Assembly (NCBI GenBank): GCA_038087875.1
Contig: CM075992.1
Location: 8,000,001 to 8,064,000 of the forward strand
From: Malacoraja senta
Taxonomy: Eukaryota
Reading direction: 5' to 3'
Length of the DNA stretch: 64,000 nucleotides
Below, in pieces: positions 50,325 through 62,019 of the stretch (positions are counted from its first letter, which is position 1; the number at the start of each line of letters is the position of its first letter). The notes below the pieces were generated by a model, which saw nothing but the letters and a program-made list of their open reading frames with translations, was not told the origin of the DNA and did no database searches. A program made the position numbers and the translations under genes.

Positions 50325-51110
50325 GGGCAGCACGGTGTCGCAGTGCTGAAGTTGCTGCCTCACAGTGCCAGGGACCCAGGTTCGATCCTGACTACGGGTG
50401 CTGTCTGTACAAAGTCTGTACGCTCTCCCCGTGTCCTGCGTGGGTTTTCTCCAAGAATTCCGGTTTCAATAGACAATAGGTGCAGGAGTAGGCCATTCGG
50501 CCCTTCGAGCCAGCACCGCCATTCAATGTGATCATGGCTGATCATCCACAATTAGTACCCCGTTCCTGCCTTTGCCCCCTATCCCCTGACTCTGCTATCT
50601 TTAAGAGCCCTATCTAGCTCTCTCTTGAAAGTATTAAGAGAACCTGCCTCCACCACCCTCTGAGGCAGAGAATTCCACAGACTCACAACTCCCTGTGTGA
50701 AAAATTGTTTCCTCATCGCTGTTCTAAATGGCTTACCCCTTATTCTTAAACTGTGGACCCTGGTTCTGGACTCCCCCAACATTGGGAACATGTTTCCTGC
50801 CTCTAGCGTGTCCAAACCCTTAATAATCTTATATGTTTCAATAAGATCCCCTCTCATCACAAGCCCAGCCGCTCCATTCTCTCAGCATATGACAGTCCCG
50901 CCATCCCAGGAATTAACCTTGTAAACCTACGCTGCACTCCCTCCTCCCACACTCCAAAGACGTACAGGTTTGTAGGTTAATTGGCTTGGTATAAATGTAA
51001 AAAATTGTCCCTAGTGCAGGATGGTGATAATGAGCGGGGATCGCTGGTCAGTGCGGGCCCGCTCATCTGAAGAGCCCGTTACTGCGCTGTATCTCTAAAC
51101 TAAACTAAAA
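50325..51110 (+). mobile_element. HE1/V-SINE split by a CR1 fragment (-, ~50467-50943)
   Basis: V-domain interrupted at CCGGTTTC|CCTCCCACAC. Confidence 0.82.
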
Positions 51111-51159
51111 TTAAGAGATCTAATTAGAGAGAAAAAATCGGTTTGAAAACAGCACTTAC

Positions 51160-51256
51160 TAGAATGTTAAAGGTGTAGCAATCTGGGATTTCATGGTTGA
51201 TGATCGTCTGAATGTTAATAGCCTTCAGTTTAAATCTGATGGACACATCAATAAGC
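51160..51256 (-). CDS. MCOLN1: Mucolipin-1 luminal-domain exon (=human exon 6)
   Basis: LIDVSIRFKLKAINIQTIINHEIPDCYTFNIL; CAG/GTAAGT; 97 nt. Confidence 0.96.
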
Positions 51257-51705
51257 CTGAGAACACAATCAGAACAGGTATCAGGAGGTTGTCTCTGAAT
51301 GGGCGCCGTTCCCCCCTTACAGGGCCACGGTTAATGAATGCTTTCCAGTGACTAATTTAACCAGCCAGCAAGACAAAGTCCCGCGCAAACTGGAGGAACA
51401 GCACCTCATATTCCGCTTGGGTAGCTTACGAGGTTATGGTATGAACAATGCATTCTCTGTTTTTATCTAACTAACTTACAAACAACCCTCACAAATAACA
51501 AAGTGCTGGAGTAACTCAGCGGGTCAGGTAGCATCAAGTGAGAATATGGATACGTGGCATTTTGGGTCAGGACTCTTGTTCAGAACATTTATCCATGTTC
51601 TCCAGCGATGCTGCCGGACCCGATGAGTTACTCCAGCAATGACTTTGTTTTTGTAAACCAGCGCCTGCAATTCCTTATTTCTACAAACAACCCACCTTTG
51701 TTTAT

Positions 51706-51886
51706 GAAGGAACTGCAGATGCTGGAAAAATCGGAGGTAGACAAAAATGCTGGAGAAACTCAGCGGGTGAGGCAGCATCTATGGAGCGAAGGAATAGGTG
51801 ACGTTTCGGGTCGAGACCCGAAACGTCACCTATTCCTTCGCTCCATAGATGCTGCCTCACCCGCTGAGTTTCTCCAGCATTTTTGT
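51706..51886. mobile_element. Palindromic Penelope-derived short insert
   Basis: Near-perfect hairpin centred on TTTCGGGTCGAGACCCGAAA; 14-bp TSD CCACCTTTGTTTAT (51692-51705, 51887-51900). Confidence 0.82.
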
Positions 51887-52039
51887 CCACCTTTGTTTAT
51901 CTTCCTTTCCCCACTTCTCTGTGCCCCACCTGATTCATACGCAGTTCACCCCTCGAGTCCTGGCAACATCCCGTAAACCTTCTCTGTACCTTTCCTTTCT
52001 ACACCAGCTGAATTAGCCTCCTGCGTGTTGGGTGACAAC

Positions 52040-52820
52040 TCCAAAAAGTCACAAACATTGTTGCCCAGTCCATCACTGGCTCTGACGTCCCCACCATCGA
52101 AGGGATTCACCAGAGTCGTTGCCTTTAAAAAGGCCGCCAGCATAATCAAGGACCCACACCACCCTGACCACGCGCTCATTTCACCCCTGCCGTCGGGAAG
52201 AAGCTACAGGAACCTGAAAACTAACTTTGAGGTTCAGGAACAGCTCCTTCCCGACAGCCATCAGGCTATTAAACACTACAACCTGGAGTATTGTGTGCAG
52301 TTTTGGTCCCCGAATTTGAGGAAGGACTTTCTTGCTATTGAGGAAGTGCAGCGTAGGTTTACAAGGTTAATTCCCGGGATGGCGGGACTGTCATATGCTG
52401 AGAGAATGGAGCAGCTGGGCTTGTATACACTGGAGTTTAGAAGGATGAGAGGGGATCTTATTGAAACATATAAGATTATTAAGGGTTTGGACACGCTAGA
52501 GGCAGGAAACCTGTTCCCAATGTTGGGAGAGTCCAGAACCTGGGGCCACAGTTTAAGAATAAGGTGTAAGCCATTTAGAACGGAGACGAGGAAACACTTT
52601 TTCTCACAGAGAGTTGTGAGTCTGTGGAATTCTCTGCCTCAGAGGGCAGTGGAGGCCAGTTCTCTGGATACTTTCAAAAGAGAGCTAGTTAGGGCTCTTA
52701 AAGATAGTGGTCAGGGGATATGGGGAGAAGGTAGGAATGGGGTACTAATTGGGGATGATCAGCCATGATCACATTGAATGGCGGTGCTGGCTCGAAGGGC
52801 CTACTCCTGCACCTATTGTC
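52040..52820 (+). mobile_element. Rex1-like fragment followed by CR1 3' fragment
   Basis: KDPHHP..LPSGRSYR then [16 protein letters not shown] within ORF 52025-52768. Confidence 0.8.
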
Positions 52821-53357
52821 TAAATAAGCTATGAATTACATAGACTATAATTACATATTCGGTTGTGCTGCTGCAAGTAAGAATTTCACTGTTCTATCTG
52901 GGACATATGACAATAAAATGCTCTTGACTGAAGAAGGGTCTCGACACAAAACGTCGCCCATTCCTTCTCTCCAGACGTGCTGTCTCATCCGCTGAGTTAC
53001 TCCAGCATTTTGTGTGTACCTTCGATTTAAACCAGCATCTGCAGTTCTTTCTTACACAAACTACTCGTGACTCTGTCTTGACTGCATATATCATTCCAGC
53101 TGGCAGCAAGAAGAACGGAAAAAGACAACGACATGAATCCACAGTGTTGATTTTGTATCCTCTCCAATCTCACTCCCTCAGAGGCACCGACTCCTACATG
53201 TCCATTGACTGGTCACCTAGAGGTCCACGTCATGAAGTCATTCCTCAAAGGTGAAGCCGCTGAACGTTGAGGGTCAATGAACAGCACTAAACTGCTAAGG
53301 GGCAGGGTGTAAAGAACATGGATCACTCAATCACTCCTTGACCAGGAGGGCGAGTTA

Positions 53358-53655
53358 AGGTCCTGTCCCAATGTATGAGCTAATTCAAGAGTTCTCCCGA
53401 GTTTCCCCCGATTCGAACTCGGAGAATTACGGTAATACCGCTCGTAGGTACTCGGGGCTCTCGTGGACATTTTTCAACATGTTGAAAAATCTTCACGAGT
53501 TTCCCCGAGTACCTGCCGTTAGCGTTACGAGCCGCTAAGAGACGTCCCGAGCTCCGACGTACCCGCTACGTACATTCTACGTGCTTACCACGAGTTTGAT
53601 TTTTTTTAAAACTCGGGAGAGCTCTTGAATTAGCTCATACAGTGGGACAGGCCCT
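53358..53655. mobile_element. PIF/Harbinger-type MITE (subfamily C)
   Basis: TIR AGG(T/G)CCTGTCCCA.TGTATGAGCTAATTCAAGAG; TSD TTA/TTA. Confidence 0.8.
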
Positions 53656-54054
53656 TTAATTAATCTTAGCACTGTGGTGAGTTAAATAAAGTGAGTGAAT
53701 GAAGCAAAGATAGACACAAAGTGCTGGAGCAACTCAGCGGGTCAGGCAGCATCTCTGGAGAAACAAAGATGGGTGACATTTCGTGTCAAGACCTTCTTCA
53801 GACCCTCATCCTTCAGTCCCAACCTGAAACATCACCCATCCTTTTCCTCCAGAGATGCTGCCTGACCCGCTGAGTTACTCCAGCACTTTGCGTCTATCTT
53901 TGCTATAAACCAGCATCTGCGGTTCTTTGTTTCTACTCTTGAAGCAACCAAAGTCGGGTGCAGTGGAAGAGCCGCAAGAGGAAATATCATTTATTTAATG
54001 AGGCATCAGGGAACGTTGTAATTAGTCAAGCAGAAACTGAATCCCTCCCAAGTG

Positions 54055-55200
54055 TAGGCACAAAAAGCTGGAGTAACTCAGCGGGTCAGACAGCATCTCT
54101 GGAGAAAAGGAATGGGTGATGTTTCGGGTCGAGACCCTTCCTCACAGTGAGAGTCCGGGGAGAGGGAAACAAGAGATAGAGACGGTGATATAGAGAGATT
54201 TTGAACAAACGAATGAAAGGTATGCAAAAAAGTAATGATGATCAAGGAAGGCCATTGTTAGCTGTGGGCTGGGTGAAAACGAGTTGCAGACAATGAGACT
54301 CAACAAGATGACTTTGAAGGTACACAAAAATGCTGGAGAAACTCAGCGGGTGCAGCAGCATCTATGGAGCGAAGGAAATAGGTAACGTTTCGGGCCGAAA
54401 CCCTTCTTCAGACTGATAGGGGGTGGGGAGAAGAGAGGAAAAAAGGAAAAGGCGGAGGAGGAGCCCGAGGGCTGGGGGAGGGGAGGAGACAACCAGATGG
54501 CTGATGAAGGGGAGGGGACAGCCAGGGCTAGCAGAATTGGGAGAATTCAACGTTCAGGCCACCAGGATGTAGACTGCCCAAGCGGAATATGAGGTGCATT
54601 TCCTCCAATTTACGGTGTTGCTCGCTGTGGCCATGGAGGAGACCCAGGACAGAGAGGTCAGATACGGAATGGGAGGGGGAGTTGAAGTGCTGAGCCACCG
54701 GGAGTTCAGGTTGGTTATTGCGGACCGACCGGAGGTGTTCGGCGAAACGATCGCCAAGCCTCCGCTTGGTCTCACCGATGTAGATCAGCTGGCATCTAGA
54801 GCAGCGAATGCAATAGATGAGGTTGGAGGAGATGCAGGTGAACCTCTGTCGCACCTGGAACGACTGCTTGGGTCCTTGAATGGAGTGGAGGGGGGAAGTG
54901 AAGGGACAAGTGTTGCATCTCTTGCGGTTGCATCTGCAGTTCCTTCTTTAACAAGATGACTTTGAAGCTGGTACAACGAAATGGGTGGGGAAGGGACAGA
55001 GAGAGAGAGAGAGAGGAGATGCAAGGGTTCCTTGAGATTAGAGAAGTCCATATTCATACCGCTGGGTTGTAAGCTGCCCAAGCGAAATATGAGGTGCTGT
55101 TCTTCCAATTTGCGTTTGGCCTGACAGTGGGGGGGGCCAGGACAGAAAGGTCATAGTGGGAGTGGGAATGGGGATGAGAATTAAAGTGTTTGGCAACATC
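54055..55200 (-). mobile_element. Penelope-like element (54320-54949) nested in another Penelope-like element
   Basis: GIY-YIG ORF 54528-54854 (NLIYCIRCSRCQLIYIGETKRRLGDRFAEH..VAQHFN..GLN); 18-bp TSD AACAAGATGACTTTGAAG at 54302-54319 and 54950-54967. Confidence 0.9.
54384..54411 (-). ncRNA. Minimal hammerhead ribozyme motif in Penelope terminal repeat
   Basis: CUGAAGA-A-GGGU(UUCG)GCCC-GAAAC-GUU: both conserved core boxes, stem II, and a palindromic ACGU helix III. Helix I is only ~2 bp. Confidence 0.7.
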
Positions 55201-55839
55201 CCAAGTGTCAAGTGTCATACTTTCCATACAATGGTCACATAGGCTAAAGGTCAGATGTCCAACTCATGAAGGTTTGGTTTTCCCCAAGAGTGCCCCAGGC
55301 TTGCATCTTTGTTTCGAATCCAACGTATTACATCGCAAATTATCTCCATAAAGTGTTGAAAAAGACTTTGACGATAATTAACACCAAGCTGATATCCTAA
55401 ACCTTGGACAAAGAATTGGGCCTACACTTACAGCAAAGTGAAGTGAAAAGGAACTCCGGAACTCATTATGTGTAGAAAGGAACCGCAGATGCTGGTATGT
55501 GCCGAAGTGCCGGAGTAACTCAGCGGGTCAAGCAGATTTCTGGAGAAAAAGGATGGGTGACATTTCGGGTCGGGACCCTTCCTCGGACTCAAACCCTTCT
55601 ACAGACGTCCGAATAAGGGCCCCCGACCCGATACGTCACCCATTGCTTTTTCTCCAGAGCTGCTGAGTAGCTCCAGCATTTTGTGTCCGTCTCCAGAATT
55701 TAATAGACGGGGGCACGGAACTGGACAACCACAGATATTGCAGAAGGTTGTAAAGGCTGGAGGTGGTTATTGCAACAGGGGAAATGTCACAGAGGTATTT
55801 GGAAAGGAAGGTTACAACATCCAAGCAAGATATTTCTTA

Positions 55840-56066
55840 AGGGCCTGTCCCACTTGGTGATTTTTTTGGCGACTGCCGGCATCATTGACTGACGTATCAG
55901 GTCACTGAAAAATTTGCGGCATGATGACGTATGCCGCGCGTTTTTTTTTCCAAGAGTCGCAACATTTTCTTTGTCGCCGCTGGATTTTGAAATGTTCAAA
56001 ATCTTTTGGCAACCCTGATACGACGCCGGCAGTCGCCGAAAAAAAATCGCCAAGTGGACAGGCCCT
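55840..56066. mobile_element. PIF/Harbinger-type MITE (subfamily A)
   Basis: Similar throughout to 26658-26867; flanks TTA/TGA. Confidence 0.8.
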
Positions 56067-56319
56067 TGAAACAGACTCCCGAGTAAGTAGTAGAGGAAAG
56101 CCAGATGTGTGTGGAAGTGGCAACACAAGTGGATAGAGTGGCAAAGGCAGCGTGTTATGCTTATCTTCATTGGCAAGGGCCTTCAGGGCATTGAGTACAA
56201 GAGTCAGGAGGTTATGTTGCACCTTCATCGGACTTCAGTTACTCCGAGATCATTCTGTTCTGCAACTCTCTTCAGGGCTCTACCACTCACTAGGCAAGTC
56301 CTGCCCAGGTTTGACATAT

Positions 56320-56827
56320 CAATAGACAATAGATGCAGGAGTAGGCCATTCGGCCCTTCGAGCCAGCACCGCCATTCAATGTGATCATGGCTGATCATCC
56401 CCAATCAGTACCCCGTTCCTGCCTTCTCCCCATATCCCCTGACTCCGCTATTTTTAAGAGCCCTATCTAGCTCTCTCTTGAAAGCATCCAGAGAACCTGC
56501 CTCCACCGCCCTCTGATGCAGAGAATTCCACAGACTCGCCACTCTCTGTGAGAAAATGTGTTTCCTCGTCTCCGTTCTAAATGGCTTAGTCCTTATTCTT
56601 AAAGTGTGGCCCCTGGTTCTGGACTCCCCCAACATCGGGAACATGTTTCCCGTCTCTAGCGTGTCCAAACCCTTAACAATCTTATATATTTCAATGAGAT
56701 CCCCTCTCATCCTTCTAAACTCCAGAGTGTACAAGCCCAGCTGCTCCATTCTCTCAGCATATGACAGTCCCGCCATCCCGGGAATTAACCTTGTAAACCT
56801 ACGCTGCACTCCCTCAATAGCAAGAAT
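56320..56827 (-). mobile_element. CR1 3' fragment
   Basis: ORF 56405-56809 with CR1 C-terminal motifs. Confidence 0.85.
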
Positions 56828-57674
56828 TTACATCAAAGTGCAACTACTCACATTTGTCAGCGTTAAATTCCATTTACCATTCCTTGGCCCACCTCCCCAA
56901 CTGCTCTAGACCCTATTGTAATATGTGATATCCTTCCTCATTGTCCACTAAACTATTCATTTTGATGGCATCTGCAAACCTACTGACAATGTTAGCTCCA
57001 CTATCATCTAAACAGTTCATGTCAATATACAACCTCTGGCACTCCACTGATCACAAGACTACAATCTGAAAGACATCCCTCCACAACTAGGGGGACACGA
57101 AGGCGGAGCGGTAGAGTTGCTGCCTTACAGCTCCAGAGACCCAGGTTCGATCCAGACAATGGGTGCTGTCTGTATGGAGTTTGTACGTGTAAGAAAGAAC
57201 TGCAGATGCTGGTTTAAATTGAAGGTAGACACAAAATTCTGGAGTATCTCAGCGGGTGAAAACGTTGCCCATTCCTTCTCTCCAGAGATGCTGCCTCACC
57301 CGTTGAGTCTCGACCCGAAACGTTGCCCATTCCTTCTCTCCAGAGATGGTACCTCACCCGCGGAGTTACTCCAGCATTTTGTGTCTCTCTTAGAGTTTCT
57401 ACGTTCTCTCTGTGACCTGTGTGGGTTTTCTCTGGGTGCTCTGGTGTACTCCTACACTCCAAAATGTACAATAGTAAAATAATAAATCATTCCCAGTGTG
57501 TGTGAGATAGTGTTAGTGTGCGGGGATTGCAGGTTGGTGTGGACTCAGTGGGCCGAAGGGCCTGCTCCCCACGCTGTATCTCTAAATTAAAATCTAAACA
57601 TCTCCCTTTGATTCCTTCTCCCAAACCAATTTTGAATCCAACTGACCAGCTCACCTTACATTCCATCTGCATTA

Positions 57675-57963
57675 AAGCCCTGTCCCACTGTACGAGTTAA
57701 TTCAAGAGTTCTCCCGAGTTTGCCCTGATTCGAACTCGGAGATTTACAGTAATGGCCGCTCGTCGGCACTCGGGGCTCTTAGACATTTTTCACGAGTCTT
57801 CCCGAGTTTCCCGAGTACCTGCCATTAGCGTTACGAGCTGCTAAGAGACGTCCCCGAGCTCCGACGTACCCGCTACGTTCATTCTACGTGCTTACCGCGA
57901 GTTTGATTTTTTTTTTAAACTCGGGAGAGCTCTTGAATTACCTCGTACAGTGGGACAGGGCTT
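57675..57963. mobile_element. PIF/Harbinger-type MITE (subfamily C)
   Basis: TIR AAGCCCTGTCCCACTGTACGAG; TSD TTA/TTA; similar to 53358-53655. Confidence 0.8.
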
Positions 57964-58139
57964 TTAACCTTCTAGACTAACCTACCATGCAGGACTTTGT
58001 GAAAGGCTTTGCTAAAGTCCACAAAGACAATTTCCATCGCCCTTCCCTCATCAATCCTCCCAGTAACTTCTTCAATAACACTCGGATTTGTGAGGGTTGT
58101 TCGCAGAAGGTCTTATTTTTAAAATGAAGATGACATTAC

Positions 58140-58203
58140 TTGTAGAATTTCAGCGACATGTTCTTGTGCATCTCCGTCTCCATGGGGCTCACACCCACAC
58201 ATT
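58140..58203 (-). CDS. MCOLN1: Mucolipin-1 short luminal exon (=human exon 5)
   Basis: (E)CVGVSPMETEMHKNMSLKFY(K); pyrimidine tract + CAG / GTAATG; 64 nt, phase 1 to 2, fits both neighbouring exons. Confidence 0.88.
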
Positions 58204-58339
58204 CTGCAAGAAGAGGAGGAAGAATTAGCATGAACAGACACATACACAGCTCCATACATTGCTGGCCATTCGATATCTGCCTGCTGAGCAGCCAGGGCTG
58301 ATCTACAGCTTACTTCCTACCACAACCTACCTTTCCTAA

Positions 58340-58700
58340 AGGGCCTGTCCCACTTTCCCGAGTTATTCACGAATTCTCCTGAGTCATTCACGAATTCTCC
58401 CGAGTTTTCAAACTCGCAGAATGTCCGTAGGAGTCCGTAGATATATCGTAGCGGCTCGTTATGTTAGCCGTAGGTACTCGGGGCATCAGGTAAGTCGGGA
58501 CGTTTTTTCCAGTCAGATGAAAAATGTCCACGAGTGAAAAAGTAGCCCCGAGTGCCAACGGCTGGCGTAACGAGCCGCTACGATATATCCACGGACTCCT
58601 ACGGACTCGTTACGAACATTCTGCGAGTTTGAAAACTCGGGAGAATTCGTGAATAACTCAGGAGAATTCGTAAATAACTCGGGAAAGTGGGACAGGCCCT
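58340..58700. mobile_element. PIF/Harbinger-type MITE, long foldback (subfamily D)
   Basis: Inverted arms of >130 bp beginning AGGGCCTGTCCCACTTTCCCGAG; TSD TAA/TAA. Confidence 0.85.
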
Positions 58701-59698
58701 TAAAGTTGCAAGATCAAAACAAAGAGTTAGCAACAATGGGTCACCGAGTTAAAGAGCATTGAATGAAAAAAGTCACAGCGTGGAAACAGGACATTGCCCA
58801 CAACGACCAACATGCCCCATCTACACTAGTCCCACCTGCCCGCGTTTGGCACATATCCCTCTAAACCTGTCCTATCCATGTACCCATCTAATTGTTTCTT
58901 AAACGTTGGGATAGTCCCTGCCTCAACTACCTCCTCCGGCATCTCGGTCCATACACCCACCACCCTCTGTGTAAAAAAGTTACCCCTCAGATTCCAATTA
59001 AATCTTTCCTGACTCACTTTCAACCTATTATCTCCGGTTATCAATGTCCTTACTCATAAGGTCATAAGTGATAGGAGCAGAATTAGGCTATTCGGCCCAT
59101 CTACTCTGCCATTCAATCAATGCTGATCTATCTCTCCCTCCTAACCCCATTCTCCTGCCTTCTCCCCATCAACCCTGACACCCAGGCAAAAGACTGTACC
59201 TTTATCCAATCTATTCCTCTCTTGATTTTGTACACCTCTATAAGATCACCCCTCATCCTCCTGCACTCTAGGATAAGATCACTGCCTCGTGCTCCTAGTA
59301 GCTAGTGTCTTGGGTGCTGTTTTGAAAGAGAATTTGAAGGTCCCACTCTAAACATGAACCCATCCCTCAGGATTAATTAGGACAGTGAGCAGCTCTTCGG
59401 ATTTTAACACATGGTCCCATTCAACCATGAATCTGCCTTGTCCCTGCTAGTGGCTCATCCCGAGTTTCGGACATGAAGAATGAATGAATACGTTTATTGG
59501 CCAAGTATTCACATACAAGGAATTAGCCTTGGTGCTCCGCTCGCAAGTAACAACACGACATACAGTAAACCATTAAGAATAAAACATAAAACATTAAAAC
59601 ATTAAGAATAAAACATGTTTAAGAAGGAACTGCAGATGCTGAAAAATCGAAGGTAGACAAAAAAGCTGGAGACACTCAGCGGGTGAGGCAGCATCTAT

Positions 59699-60135
59699 GA
59701 CTCGGCTTGTACTCGCTAGAATTTAGAAGATTGAGGGGGGATCTTATGGAAACTTACAAAATTCTTAAGGGGTTGGACAGGCTAGATGCAGGAAGATTGT
59801 TCCCGATGTTGGGGAAGTCCAGGACAAGGGGTCACAGTTTAAGGATAAGGGGGAAATCTTTTAGGACCGAGATGAGAAAAACATTTTTCACAGAGAGTGG
59901 TGAATCTGTGGAATTCTCTGCCACAGAAGGTAGTTGACGCCAGTTCATTGGCTATATTTAAGAGGGAGTTAGATGTGGCCCTTGTGGCTAAAGGGATCAG
60001 GGGGTATGGAGAGAAGGCAGGTACAGGATACGGAGTTGGATGATCAGCCATGATCATATTGATGGTGCTGGCTCGATGGGCCGAATGGCCTACTCCTGCA
60101 CCTATTTTCTATGTTTCTATGTCTCTATGTTTCTA
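59699..60135 (+). mobile_element. CR1 3' fragment nested in a Penelope fragment within a Rex1-like tail
   Basis: ORF 59707-59937; TTCTATGT tail; host repeats resume on the right side. Confidence 0.8.
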
Positions 60136-60927
60136 TGGAGCGAAGGAAATAGGCAACGTTTCGGGTCGAAACCCTTCTTCATAATAAAACATTATAGTTT
60201 AAACATGTGAATGAAATAAAAAACCAGCGCAAAAGGGGGCTACAAACTTTTGGTTATTGAGTAGAGCTACTGCTCGTGGAAAAAAAGCTGTTTTTATGTC
60301 TGGCTGTGGCGGCTTTGACAATCCGGAAATCTGAAATCTCCAGCACTCATTTGGTTTTACCTCACAAGGTGCTCTTACAAAATCGGCACGTGAATGATGC
60401 ACTTTGTCCCAACCCAACACCTTCGACATAATACACACAGAAAGCTGGAGTAACTCAGCGGGGCTGGCAGCATCTCTGGAGAGAAGGGATGGATGACGTT
60501 TCGAGTCGAGACCCTCTTTCTCGACCCGAAACCTCACCCATTCCTTCTCTCCAGAGATGCTGCCTGTCCCGCTGAGTTACTCCAGCTTTCTGTGTCTATC
60601 TTCGGTTTAAACCAGCATCTGCAGTTCCTTCCCACACATCTTCATGAAAGTGTTCACCGAAAAACTATTTTGAAACAATGAAACTGAGGGTGCAATACAA
60701 CAACCATTCCCCTCTGGATGAATCAGAAATCATGTGTGTTCTGCAGCAATGAAACAGCTCCCCTGACCCTGAAGGGAGACATTAAACAAACTACTGCAAG
60801 TTGAAACAAAGCTGAAGAAGGGTCTCAACCCAAAATGTCACCCATTCATTCTCTCCAGGGATGCTCCATGTCCCGCTGAGTTACTCATTTTGTGTCTATC
60901 TTCGGTTTAAATCAGCATCTGCAGTTC

Positions 60928-61705
60928 CATAGAAATGTAGAAAATAGAAACATAGAAAATAGGTGCAGGAGGAGGCCATTCGACCCTTCGAGCCAGGACT
61001 GCCATTCATTGTGATCATGGCTGATCGTCCCCAATCAATAACCCGTGCCTTCCTTCTCCCCATATCCCTTGATTCCACTAGCCTCTAGAGCTCTATCTAA
61101 CTCTCCCTTAAATTCATCCAGTGACTTGGCCTCCACTGCCCTCTGTGGCAGGGAATTCCACAAATTCACAACTCTCTGGGTGAAAAAGTTTTTTCTCACC
61201 TCAGTCTTAAATGGCTTCCCCTTTATTCTAAGACTGTGGCCCCTGGTTCAACATTGGGAACATTTTTCCTGCATCTAGCTTGTCCAGTCCTTTTATAATT
61301 GTATATGTTTCTATAAGATTCCCCCTCATCCTTCTAAACTCCAGTGAATACAAGCCTAGTCTTTTCAATCTTTCCTCATATGACAGTCCTGCCAACCCAG
61401 GGATCAATCTCGTGAACCTACGCTGCACTGCCTCAATCACAAGGATGTCCTTCCTCAAATTAGGAGACCAAAACTGGACACAATACTCCAGATGTGGTCT
61501 CACCAGAGCCCTATACAACTGCAGAAGAACCTCTTTACTCCTATACTGAAATCATCTTGTTATGAAGGCCAACATTCCATTAGCTTTCTTCACTGCCTGC
61601 TGTACCTGCACGCCATCTTTCAGTGACTGGTGTACAAGGACACCCAGGTCTCGCTGCAACTCCCCCTTACCTAACCTAACCCCATTGAGATAATAATCTT
61701 CCCCC
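60928..61705 (-). mobile_element. CR1 3' fragment
   Basis: ORF 61228-61518 [18 protein letters not shown]. Confidence 0.85.
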
Positions 61706-62019
61706 GTCTCAATTATACCAAGCCAATCAACTTACAAACCTGTACGTCTTTGGAGCATGGGAGGAAACCGGAGATCCGGTGAAAACCCACGCAGGTCACT
61801 GGGAGAACGTACAAGCTCTGCACAGGCAAGCGCCCGTTGTCAGGATCAAACCTGGGTTTCCGAAGCAGCAACTCGACCGCTGCACCACCGCTGGGAAGAA
61901 ACTGTCCCTGAAGCTGGAGGTGTGCGTTTTCACACTTATGTACCTCTCGCCTGATGGGAGAGGGGAGAAGAGGGAGTGACCGGGATGAGACTGGTCCCGT
62001 GCTGGTGGTGGTCACTCAC

